Assembly (NCBI GenBank): GCA_030141605.1
Contig: JAQGDQ010002367.1
Coordinates: 682,001-746,000 of the forward strand
Source: Tubiluchus corallicola
Taxonomy: Eukaryota > Animalia > Priapulida
Reading direction: 5' to 3'
DNA length: 64,000 bases
The translations under genes and the position numbers were made by a program. Positions 10,330-21,953 of the stretch are shown here, piece after piece; position 1 is the first letter of the stretch; the number at the start of each line of letters is the position of its first letter. The notes under the pieces were generated by a model. That model was not told the origin of the DNA, did no database searches, and was given only the letters and a program-made list of their open reading frames with translations.

Positions 10330-12030
10330 GCCACGTGCTTACTGAAAGCTAACCAAACTTATATAAAAGAAAACGGCGTCTTTTAAAAACATTTTCATAA
10401 GATTGAAGAAGACTCAGCCCTCCTTACTTGAACGTAATGATCCATAGCCAGGCATACCTAAGTAATTGAACAGAAAACATTATAACCTACCTTAAGTGGA
10501 ATATTGCTAGAATGAAAAATATACATAACGACAGGAAAGGAGAAATCATCAACTTTATGAAAAATACCTGTTGAAACACAGTTACCAGTGATTGTTACCG
10601 AAACGTCCAAATAATTAACAAACTTGATATTGCTGCCACTAAACTCTGTGCATAAAACTTAGAAATCTAAGTTTCAAAAAATTCATAATTAACCACAAAG
10701 ATGTCATCGATACGTCTGTTGGTATTAGGAAGGATTCTACCCAGATCTAACTTTTTCTCTTTTAGTGTTTTCCGTATAAAAGACAATTCACAAAACTTAA
10801 AAAATGTCAGCTAACAATGGACTAGTATTTCCCCCCCATCGGTATCCCCTTTTATTAAACCAAATAAAATCAATAGCTGTTTTGAATTTGATTTTATCAA
10901 AGCAGTGATAACCAGCATACATAACACACTGCTAAAAACAATTTTTTGAAACTAACACATAAATACTAGTTAAATGAACTAAATACAATATCCAGAATAT
11001 GGAAAATGCCATCCTTAACTAATTGCAGTTCTAAATTCGTATATAAAGTAGAAAAATCAAACACTTGAGCAGAAGGAATATTTACTCTGTGAAACTTACC
11101 CAAAAACTCTATATTAGATTTTATGCTCCAAAACATATTAGCCACTGAATTTTTAGCTATACCACCACAGTATCTCCTAAAATAATCCCTAACAACAATT
11201 AAACCTTCAGTAACTAAAACTGAAAGCTTTTAACACTTACTAGTTCCTGCGATCCACAGCAGCAAATGTATATCTACCAACCCATAATTCATCCGACAAA
11301 ACTTGAAGGTGATATTTTCTATAAATGACCACAAGGTCATAAGCTCTCTAACCTCCTTATGTTCACTAATATTAAGTTCACCAGAAACTATGTGGCCATG
11401 TAGCTTGTATAAAACAGTTTTTTGCAATCACAGACAGTATTAAGAATCTTTTTAACATCCTCACAATCTAAAGACTTAAAAAATTTAGTATAATTGAAAA
11501 TCACTTGGCTTATAGTCATAAAAAAGTATAATGAATTCTGTGAGGGATATTTACTTTAAACTTCTCTGGAAGTAAATTCTCAACACTACTGTCTGTAAAT
11601 ATGGATTGCGGCCGTATTTTGTCAGTTCGCTTACTGAGAAATGGAAGAACTAAAATTTCATTCTGTTTGTCATTATATACGATAAATATAATTATAATGA
11701 TCAAAAATAATAATTTTGTTGTTGGATGCATTTTTGGATAATAAAAAGTATTTATGTATAGAATAAGCATTAGAGCGATTTGCTAAACTTTAGGGCCTTT
11801 ATTAAAATTTAATACCTGTAAAAATTATAATAATCATAAGAAGGGTTCTTTTTAAAACACGTGAAAGTTATATATATCATGAATACTGTGGTGTATACAT
11901 AGTAGCGTGTAATCATGAGTCAAAGGTTTGATGTAACTTGAACGACTTGAGGAAATAACTTCTAGCAGTTGCAAAAATGGTCTTAAATGCAATGAAATGC
12001 ATTGGCAGCTCCCAGACCAATAACTGCTTT
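10330..12030 (-). mobile_element. Degenerate Penelope-like retroelement (Naiad/Chlamys-type RT), with stops, frameshifts and an internal deletion
   Basis: Minus-strand translation across frameshifts gives, in order: VIFNY..CDC..YKLHGHIVSGELNI, IAGTSKC, RYC..NMFWSIKSN, FDFSTLYTNL (~11040), KGIPMGG(N)TSPLLADIF (~10830), NTNRRIDDIFVVN (~10710), YLDVS..FHKVDDFSFPVV..SNIPLKVGYNVF(SQ)LLRYA (~10450-10610). Confidence 0.8.
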
Positions 12031-12079
12031 TTTGTTGGCCCACCATTTTTCTGAAGACTGTATCTGCCTCTGACTCCTA

Positions 12080-12490
12080 CCACTACCATCAGTGCCACTA
12101 CCAGTATCATTTACTACCATCACTACCAGTACCATTATCACCAGTATCTACCACTATCACCTCTGCCAATATCAGTGCCACTGCATCGACTACCAGCACC
12201 TATGCCATCAGAACCACTACCAGTATCAGTACTACTATTATCAGTATCTCTACAACTACCACCACTACGATTACCACCACTACCAGTGCCACAACAGCTA
12301 GTACCACTACCACTACTGCTGCTACAAGTACTGCTACCTCTACCATTACTTGTACCACCATCACAACCACTACCAGTACTACTACCCACTGTCACCATTA
12401 CCACTATCGTTACCTCCAGTGCCAGTGCCACTGTCACGACTACTATTCTACTATTAATTGGTATTATTACTGTTACTATTATTATTTATA
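12080..12490. repeat. Low-complexity (ACC/ACT/CCAGT)-rich simple repeat
   Basis: Degenerate ACCACT/CCAGT repeats; source of the Pro/Thr/His-rich and Gly/Ser-rich spurious ORFs. Confidence 0.8.
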
Positions 12491-12603
12491 TTATTACAGA
12501 AACCTGCCTCAAATTTGCAGATGATTAATATTCATAAGGCCACAGCTACAGGTGGAAGTGGTCCACTTAAACTAACAATAAACATCGTTTGCATAGGTAT
12601 GTT

Positions 12604-12696
12604 ATGAGCAAAACTGTTATCATCAAAGAAACGCCTTGCATGACAATTATGAGGACGCATGCAGAAAAGGACAGGATAATCTCAAAATTTCCTCAA
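12604..12696 (+). CDS. RAB36: Rab34/36 coding exon 1
   Basis: [31 protein letters not shown] then GTAAGT. Start could be a downstream Met. Candidate acceptor tttgcatAG ends at 12596. Confidence 0.75.
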
Positions 12697-15600
12697 GTAA
12701 GTTTTTTTTTGTTTTTAATTGCACATGTCAAAAGAATGATTCGTGGAAAACTTGAAAATTTCATTTTACTGTAAAGAAAGTTTGTTCACTGTTGCTGCTT
12801 TTCTTCAAAAAAGCAGATATTTCAGAGATTTGTTTTAGGTATCCTGCATTTCATAATATTTCACTTTAGTGAATAACTACTCTCTAGCTGAGAAAAATTG
12901 TTTACCCAATTGTGTTTTGACGAGTGATCTACTAAATTCAGGGGAAGGCATTAAAAAATTGTAAAAAAACCACATGGTTCCCGGAAGCGTTGCCATTTTC
13001 ATGTCTCTTCTATGGTTGTTCGTGAAAGCTACAAATGTCATATTATCATAATGTTTTGAAAGCACAATGACAGTAAGACGTCAAAGTTCGCTGCTTTAAC
13101 CATTCAAATACATGTAATACGATTTTTTTTCAAATAACATTAGCATGTTGATATACTTTACTTTTTCTATTTGTTACCAGCCAATTCATTCAGATGGACC
13201 TTATAAGCAAAGTGACTTTAGCTCAAAGGTTAGGGATGTTTGCTATTCGAACAAGTCCGACAGGTAATATTGACTTTCTTTACAGCCTGTGCAAGTGAAT
13301 ATGTCAAACTAAACCCTCACTATAATTAAGCTTTTACACTTAAAATCCTAATCTCATTACAAATATTCAATTTATTTTATTATAAACTTGGTGTAAAACT
13401 TCTTTCTTTTTATTTTTTGATCATTTCATTGTTAGCGGTATTAGATTTGAAGACCCGCCATTTTTCATTCGAGTACAGACGAGTGACGTTGTGAGCACGA
13501 TCACGAGGTCACCAAAGATTGTTAAACAAACATCAGTAGCAAAAGACGCTTTCTGTATTGCTACGTCATTCTTGCTCACTCGTACCAAAGACGGTGATGT
13601 CTACGGCAATGCACGCATTCGAAATTTGCCAGAAAATGGTTAGTTATTTGATTTGCAAGTCGCTATTGTTTAATAATAACTATGGATTCTACGTGTAATC
13701 ATAATAATGCGCTAAAAAAACGTCACTGTCTGTATTTAATTCTAAGCATAAGCAACTTATTGAGATAAATGTGTCTCAAGCATATAATGTCAACACTCAG
13801 TAAATTTATCATTCAGTGTTCATTTATAGCTGTAAACTATAGTGTAAGCTACAATACTGTAAGAATGAAATACAATATTATGAATGACTAAGTAAATGAG
13901 TGAATAAATTATGAATGAAATCAGTTATTTGTACTGAATTTTTACTTGCAGGATGAACATCTGTAAAGCTGTTATTCTTGGCGATGTGGCTGTTGGCAAA
14001 ACGTGCTTAGTAAACAGGTTATATTTCTTAAATTTACAGGGGGAAGAAAAGGCAATTTTAAAGTCTTTCTACACAAAATGGCTTAAAAAACTTTCTACAC
14101 AAAGTTATATTACTTTGCTTTTATACCTACCAGCTTAAAAGGCTCATGTAACTAGAAAAAAATTCTTAGTAATTCAAAATCTTCGTGCCAACTGGTAAAA
14201 CGTCACCGACTCACCCCCCCCCTCCCAGTATGCACAGTTAACTCATCTGAAAAATATTTTAAATGTTATTGCCAAGATACTGTAATTTACACTTTTGCTT
14301 TGTCAGTGAGGTGTGTCCTGCCAATGCTCCGATTGTAGTTTCAAACTTTATGTAATGCTATCTAAACTTGTTTTAAACGTACTACCGTCAAAATGGCTGC
14401 ACAAAAACATTCATAGCAGCAGTTTAAATTTACAAGTTTTACACAGCATTACTGTTAATGCAAGCTCTGTGCATAATTAGGTAGTATGCAGGTCATGCAA
14501 AGTTTCGGGATGATTTTTTTGCTTTTGGGAGCTAAAGGGTTTTCTTGTGCTTTAAGCATGATGGTGAGGTTCATGAGTTACTGGTAGGAAGTCCATGGTT
14601 AGTGTGAGTGGCTTGGATTTGACCAGGGGTTGGCGAGCTATACAGACTATATACGCCTTTCCTATAAATTAGGACAAAAATACAACACATTATGGTTAAT
14701 AGCAATAGTTCTTGCACTGGAATGAGTCATATTCTAACAAAAACCTGTTTTCTCTTACCACAGATTTTGTCATCATACATTTGATAGTAACTACAAAGCC
14801 ACCATCGGCGTTGACTTTGAGGTTGAGAGATTTGACGTACTAAATATGCCTTTTAATTTACAGATGTAAGTTTAATACCTAACAGATATCTTGTAATAAC
14901 GTCTGTTCAAATAACTTCTTAATCAGTTATGGTGATTTTGCAGTATCTTCCATTCAAAGATGCATACATTGCATAAATGGTCTATCTGTTTTTAATGCTG
15001 TGCAGTATTACACCATTACAACAAACATTGTTTATTGTACACACATCAGTAATGCGAAGTCATTAAAAAAGAACTTTCGTCATTAATTGAACTAGTATAA
15101 TAGCTTTGAATATACTCACTTGTTGCATTTTGCAAGTTTTTGTCGTGCCAAACTGCAGTTTGACACCTAGAATTTACACTGACAGCACATACACTGCTGA
15201 GATGTTTCATCAAATTTTGAACCCCACTGCAGTTACTTTGCTGCAAAAAATTTTCATACAAGGGTTAACTGCTATTTTGTGCCAAAAAAAAAATTGACTG
15301 ACTTTTTTTAATCTTACTGACTTTGTTGAACAGCTCACGTAAATTTACAACTGAACGTGTACCACAGATTACATGTACATGCAATTTAATGTGAAGCACT
15401 CATTAATATTTAGTTTACTGAAGCTACCTAAACCACATTTCATTGGATTTGAATGTACTACAAAGTAGTTGATACTTAATAGCATCTTCTAAAAGTACTT
15501 CACATTCTCTGTGTACATTATTTATGCCCTTTTCTTATTAATATGTGCTTGTCCATTATGTACAAATTATGAATAGCTGCATGTGCTTATAGAGTACCTC

Positions 15601-18383
15601 AGTTATAGAGTACTTTTTTGGGTCTCTAGCAGGTTCGCTATCGTGATGATATACTGTATAATTATGTATTTTTGCCTATGTGTATCAGATAAATATAATC
15701 TCCTTGTAAAAAATAACTGTTTTTTTCAGTTGGGACACAGCAGGCCAGGAAAGGTTCAAGTGCATAGCTGCTTCCTACTATAGAGGCGCACATGGTAAGG
15801 CAAATTCATTTATTCATTATCAAATCTCCTGCTACTTTACAATAATGACCAGTTTTTTTTCAGGTGTTCAATGTTTTTAGAATTTTTATGAAACTTTCAA
15901 GATAAATGAGCCTTTTCGCAGTTTCTCTATGCACAGTTTTACACACGCACTATTGTTGTAGGTCAAAGGTGAAGTGAACACAGCGCATCTTACTTAACTA
16001 CAACGGTCACGTGACCTTATGCATGTAACTGCATGTAGGTGAAACGGGTGAAACACTTGGTCATATTTACTATATACTACACATGTATAATTTTAAACTA
16101 ACAGGTGATTTTTATCCAAAAACATCTACCAAAATAGGAGCAGCAATTAACGTAAAATGAACTAACTGAAGCAAGTTAACATCAAGAATTGTTACTAGTA
16201 CAATAGTATGAGCTGCAAAACGTTGCCAAGTGTAAACAAATGCTTTGTTTGGTTCAGATAACATTGTTAGGTTCACTTAACCTTTGACCTTTTCACGATC
16301 ATCGTTAAATCGCTCAAATTGTGAAAAGGCTTTTCTAAAACTGATTTTTTTATATGAGTCCTTCACCTGACTGAGACTGTCATAACTCTGCAAGTTATTG
16401 TTTGTGTAAAATTATATAGAATTCTGTTTACACAAATTAATAATTTCATTTATTTCTACTAATTTTACAATCCTTCCCAAATATCACTTAATAATTATAT
16501 ACTAAACCGTTCTGCATTTTCTAGTCATCATTCTGGTGTTTGATCTCAGTGACATGGAGACTTTAATGTCTACAAAACGGTGGTTGAGTGAAGCTCTCAG
16601 CAACAGGAATGAGAATCCACTTATATTTCTTGTTGGCAGCAAGAAGGACCTCGTGGTACGTTTCAGTTTTTTTATGTAGACATTACAGTAATCATTACCG
16701 TAAAGTATATGTTCCATCTTATTTATTATTTATATAATATATAATACCTACATTATACTATCTATATTATATTATATTATATTATATTATATTATATTAT
16801 ATTATATTATATTATATTATATTATATTATATTATATTATATTATATTATATTATATTATATTATATTATATTATATTATATTATATTATATTATATTAT
16901 ATTATATTATATTATATTATATTATATTATATTATATTATATTATATTATATTATATTATATTATATTATATTATATTATATTATATTATAAATAACTAT
17001 TATAACTCTGTATTTTTTTCAGACTAAACAGAGCTATGTTCGACTAGAGGAAGAAGCTGTTGTTATGGCAAAGGAGCTTGGTGCTGAGTACTGGGCTGTT
17101 TCATCAAAAACAGGTTTGTAAAATGTTATGCACTGGATCAAAAGTTAGAATATTTAATTGTGTAAGTCTACGGTTCTGAAACAGGTACCACTACACTCAG
17201 GTTTGTCCTGCACTCTGAGGTGCTAGTGTTAATGCCTGCAGTTAGCAAAAGATCTTTTGATAATTTTGTATCGGTTTCAAACTACTAAAGGACCATACTT
17301 AGCTGTATTTCAAGATTTTTCTGTTAATCACACAAATTTAGGTTAGTTTCTGTTTGTTTTGTGTAATTAACTACCAATGACTGTCACAAGTATTCTTGCA
17401 TTAAGTTTTGCCTGTTAAATTATTCTCATTCTTCTGATGAACTTTAGGTATATATTTTTGCTTGTAGAGTGTGTTTAATTTTTCTCAACTAAGTAAACTC
17501 TTAGAACAGGCACTTCGCTATAAAGGTAAAATCAGGAGGGGATTATAAAGATTGGGTGTCACAGAAACGACTTCATGACTTCACAGCGCCATCACTGAAC
17601 AAGAAATTGTGAATCACTGGTGTAAAGCAGAATATGAAAAGGCGTTACAGGAGTTCTGTTTCTCACAATAGTTGTGCGATTTTCATGATCGCAATTTTTT
17701 TTTAAAAGAAGCTTGTCATTCTTTCACCTGGTAAATATATTTAATTTTTGTTATAAAACCATACCTGGCAAATGCTTATCACCATTGAATGGTCAAGACT
17801 CAATTTTATTCTATATTTTTAACTTTGAAGCAATTTTAGTGTTACTCCAACTGGTAAGATACTCCTCATTAATATTGTATTTTTAATAGGTGAATTTGTC
17901 CAAGAATTTTTCTTCCGTGTGGCAGCCATGGTATTTGATGTGGCTATGATGCAGGAATTATCCAGCGAAAGCCCAAAAAGAGCTATTGGTGGTGACTTAG
18001 TCAGTAAGATTATTTTATTTTTTAACAACAAACAACTTTTAGCTCATCTCTTTTGTTTTATGCTGTAAACTGGGTATTATCGTCATTGAACTCTGAATTC
18101 CACTAAACTCTACTTAACTCACAGTTCTGGAGTTGAGAAACCACCTATGAATGGGTTACGTGCCTATGTTGACATGTAGATGCCTGTTTATGCTTTAAAT
18201 CCCCATTATTACTAAAAGTAGGGCATCTTAGTTAACTAAGTATAACCACGTTAAGCCATTTGGTTGTACTAGCTGCGAGTAACACTATAATCTAATTCTG
18301 CTGGAGTGACACTGTTTTTTCTTGCAGAGGTTCATAAGCAAGACTTATATGAAACTAAGCCTAGGAAAAAGTGCTGTAGCTGA
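12604..18383 (+). CDS. RAB36: Ras-related protein Rab34/Rab36 (spliced gene model, 9 coding exons, 266 aa)
   Basis: join(12604-12696,13181-13263,13952-14017,14764-14865,15730-15794,16525-16655,17023-17113,17890-18003,18328-18383) = 801 nt, all GT-AG and in phase. Motifs: DRIISKFP N-terminal extension, [44 protein letters not shown] (Rab34/36-type G4), [10 protein letters not shown]-terminal KKCCS prenylation signal. It may be the single invertebrate pro-orthologue of RAB34 and RAB36. Confidence 0.92.
13181..13263 (+). CDS. RAB36: Rab34/36 coding exon 2
   Basis: ttaccAG|[28 protein letters not shown]|GTAAT; resembles the F..KV..AC segment of Rab34/36. Confidence 0.8.
13952..14017 (+). CDS. 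RAB36: Rab34/36 coding exon 3 (P-loop)
   Basis: [22 protein letters not shown], flanked by AG and GT. Confidence 0.92.
14764..14865 (+). CDS. RAB36: Rab34/36 coding exon 4 (switch I)
   Basis: [33 protein letters not shown], flanked by cAG and GTAAGT. Confidence 0.93.
15730..15794 (+). CDS. RAB36: Rab34/36 coding exon 5 (switch II)
   Basis: [21 protein letters not shown], flanked by cAG and GTAAG. Confidence 0.93.
15909..16331. mobile_element. MITE in Rab intron 5
   Basis: Terminal IR AGCCTTTTCGCAGTT / AATTGTGAAAAGGCT, plus nested subterminal IR AGGTCAAAGGTGAAGTGAAC / GTTCACTTAACCTTTGACCT. Confidence 0.6.
16525..16655 (+). CDS. RAB36: Rab34/36 coding exon 6
   Basis: [43 protein letters not shown], flanked by tAG and GTACGT. 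Confidence 0.92.
16763..16990. repeat. (TATTA)n pentanucleotide microsatellite
   Basis: Near-perfect ATTAT run of ~225 bp in Rab intron 6. Confidence 0.95.
17023..17113 (+). CDS. RAB36: Rab34/36 coding exon 7
   Basis: [31 protein letters not shown], flanked by cAG and GT. Confidence 0.92.
17890..18003 (+). CDS. RAB36: Rab34/36 coding exon 8
   Basis: [37 protein letters not shown], flanked by tAG and GTAAG. Confidence 0.9.
18328..18383 (+). CDS. RAB36: Rab34/36 coding exon 9 (terminal)
   Basis: ttcttgcAG|[18 protein letters not shown]. Confidence 0.88.
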
Positions 18384-18485
18384 GTGGAAGTGGGAAGTGG
18401 AGCTTTTGTGTCGACTGTAAAGAACCTACAACTACATAACAGAGACTATTATTACCCCACTTTTACTATAAATATAATGCATTAC

Positions 18486-18590
18486 GCATAGCAACAGCAG
18501 GTACCATTTTTAAAGTCTTTGGTATGACCCGGCCACTGTATCGAACTCACGACCTCCCAGACAGAAAGCGAACGCATTACTACTAGAGTT
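18486..18590 (-). mobile_element. tRNA-derived SINE fragment with Meta-like central domain, in the Rab 3' UTR
   Basis: Minus strand reads a tRNA-like head with B box (GAGTTCGATAC), then CCGGGTCATACCAAAGACTTTAAAAATGGTACCTGCTG, which resembles the conserved MetaSINE domain. Confidence 0.6.
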
Positions 18591-21500
18591 AAGTCCTATT
18601 AGTCCTATCTTGATAAAGTCCTATCTTGATAAAAATGGTTGTAAGATTTGTAAGCCAGAATTTCTGGTTTAAATTCATTAGTTTTATATCACATTCATGT
18701 GTGTGATACATATAATCCATGTCTAAATTATATAAGTTAGCAATTTTCTTTGTTTTTTACCACATATTTAGCAATAATTATGCTAAACATATACCTCACC
18801 TGATTCACTACAGTTATGTAAAAACCCAATGGGTCTGTTAAAAAGGCTACAGTTAAGCTTCATAGAGCCACAATTCAAAATTATTATATACTTTAATTAA
18901 CATAAATGCCAGAATAAATATGAAGTAGAATGCCTTTAACTTGTACAAGCCATAATGATTTTTAAAAGCATTGTGTGGCCATTTTGTACAAGCCACAATA
19001 ATGATTATTTAAATAGAGAAATGCTATTGCCTTTTAGAGTGTTTCTGTAGCTCCTCCTAATAATGTAATGATGCACTTAAACTGAATGCTTACAATATTA
19101 TATTCAAATTGGAATGTTGAAAAATTTGGCAGTCAAGAGAATCTGGTTGCCTGCCTTTGGTAATATGGCTCTTTTGCCTGAAGAGTAACGACTTCTCCCC
19201 AAAATGACCATGAAAACATACAATTTAGTGTCCGATGTTTGTGGTAAGATTAATCAATTTGAAAGTGTAATTAATAAAGTACGTACGTGTTTTAAACAAT
19301 GTTATTGTCATGTTCTTATAATGCTGTAGGCAAATGTGTTAGCTTTTGCTTTAAAAACACATTTTTGTCCATTTTACTGTGATAACTTATGTGTTCATAC
19401 TGCTAAGAAACATTTATATGTACCTTTGATGTAGTATGTGAATGTGCATATATTGTTGAATTTTTTTACATTGGTATATCATATTCTCGTTTAAATGACA
19501 GGTAGTATAGAATCTCAATGAGGAAATTTTCTCATTACAGAGAAAAGTATTAGTAATGTAATTATTGTGAATGTTTATGTTTAACCAGGTGTGTCAATAT
19601 AGTAAAATGTATTTTAGGTGGAGCACTTTATTTCTTTTTTACTGCTACATTTTGTGTTTTAGTGATTATAGTATACTGATGCTATACAATTAATGTCTCC
19701 TATAGCTACGCAATTCTTTACGTAGAATAATACTATTCTAAAGATAATAAACTATTGTTAGTTTAGTTATAAATTATAGATCTCGGCAAAATTTCATGTG
19801 GCTTTTTATTATGTCAAGCACGTGGCACTATCCACTAACAAGAATTAGGAATAACTATAAGCTGATGCCCATTTAAGTAATGGATTTTTTATCTTAAAGG
19901 ACCTTAAATGTACCTTAAAGGAAAGGACAAGTCATTTAGCGTGTTGGGATAATTTTACTGTTATCACTTAAGCTTACAAAAATATAATAAGATCATTATA
20001 ATAATCGTTACGAAATAATAAAAAAAATCGTCTATAAAGCTTTACGTTAATTTATACTATGACTGTTTAAAAATGTTCAGGCACAGTGGTTTTAGAAATA
20101 TTCGGACACGGTGGTTGCTGCCATTCACTTGAAATTATGATGTAACTGGTAGACTTCTTCACTTTTCGTAAGCGCATCTCACCTTTCTGGAATTCAGGTT
20201 GCATAATGCTCATGCAAATATATCACAAAATTAATTAATTTTTTTGTAAAAACTTATTATACTTTTAACGGAAATTGAAGTGTGCTGCTTTTGTTCAGCC
20301 GATGGATGTCATTGGTGGATGAATGGGCGTTTAAAATGGGAGCACCCAAGCATGAAACGATCGTGACTCTAAAGTGATTTTACTAACTACATGAGATGCT
20401 TATCACATTTTTGTTATTAAATCCTTCTATCATTTCTCATGAACATTGAAATAAGCCTGACTTTCCTAAAGGCCTGGCCTTTCCTTTGAGGTTTCAAAGA
20501 CGTTTATGATTTTCATAAGCCATTTTCATGTCCATGAAAATTGCCCAGAAGCTGTCAAACAGCATCCCCTAATTCTCATCTTTATAGCTATATTATATAA
20601 AATGAAATCAAGGTTATGCAATGATTACATTTAACTACGTTTAAAGGATTTATTTTATACATGTATATCCATTATAATTTTGAACAATTACTTGAAATTT
20701 TTGGACAATTTTGTTGTCATTAAAAAAGAGAAATAAGAATAATTTGTATTAAATTCCAAATGATTTAATTGGGAACTGATTTCAATATTGACAAATGCTA
20801 TTAAAATCACTACATGGCTGAAACATTTTAATTTAATAGCTTTTTAAAAGATTTTTAATATTCATAGTGATTTTAACTTGTAGTTAGAAAAGCTCACTTA
20901 TGCTCAGGTTAATGGATACACAGATGCATAGAGTATTCAAAATTTATTTGAAAATGATAATAGGGTAATACCTTTATAACATATTGGTGTGAGAGGAGTC
21001 AAGCGGTCACAGTGTGTGCTTAGTGACCAAAATCAAGAAGTAACAGCAGGCCTGGTTGGTAGATTTTTGGACAGTTTAAATTGCGTTGCCGTAAGTGCAT
21101 TGTGTGATGATATGTGTAAACTACTCTAACTTATATGTGTAGTTTAACCTTCACAATTTTGTTACATAATACCTATATGACATACACTTTTTATTGTACT
21201 GTATACACACACACATTTTGTCCGTCCAGAATAAACTCCTATGAATTACAATGCATACTTCCATAATATTGTTATGATAAAAAGTGCTTGATGATGTATG
21301 ATTTATTAAAATAATCTTTCATGACTAAAATTTAAATTAAAAAGTACAAACTACAAATGTACTGGAAAGCAATCAAGTGGCTTAACAGTTTGGTACAAAC
21401 AACAGCACAAAATAGTTTATTATGCTATACAAATGAAAGTCCAACTGTTTAATATACATATCACTGTTCTGAATGTGAACAAAATGAGTAACAGCATTCA

Positions 21501-21776
21501 TGATTGAACAAAACAAAGCCTTCTGTTTGTTTGATCTGTTTGGCACATCACACAGATAACATACATCGTTTTTAATTAATAATTATTAATAGGTCTTATT
21601 TAATAATAATTCTGTTTTCTGAGATATTTTGCCATATTTTGTACAGTATTTGCACTAATTTGATCCTGACTGGACCACTTTTTACCAAAGATGTACTTTG
21701 GGAATATGCGTAATCTGACAGGTTTCCTTGCAGTCGAAAACAAATAATAATCATGATTTTTCACTGACAAAGAACT

Positions 21777-21953
21777 TCATATAGTGCGATTGTTGAGGGG
21801 CTTGTAATTTTCCTCCTGTATTCTATCTCTGTTTTTCTTCAAAACTTGGCTAACAAAGTACTCACATTCAGGCCCACTGTTTGTCAAGCGCAGATCTATT
21901 TCTATTAGTGTGGTGTTTGACTGCATGCCTTGCTGAAGTTGCCTTCCACCTGC
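21777..21953 (-). CDS. TCTE1: DRC5 last coding exon
   Basis: cctAG|AGGRQLQQGMQSNTTLIEIDLRLTNSGPECEYFVSQVLKKNRDRIQEENYKPLNNRTI*. Confidence 0.88.
   Translation of the reverse strand, partial: AGGRQLQQGMQSNTTLIEIDLRLTNSGPECEYFVSQVLKKNRDRIQEENYKPLNNRTI

Noticed and set aside
10000-10340. SECIS element or hammerhead ribozyme downstream of the PLE ORF
   Set aside because: ATGA/GTGA motifs are present but lack the correctly spaced AA loop and complementary stem; no CTGANGA...GAAA core seen.
12092-12528. Pro/Leu-rich, His/Tyr-rich and Gly/Ser-rich ORFs
   Set aside because: Translations of a simple repeat.
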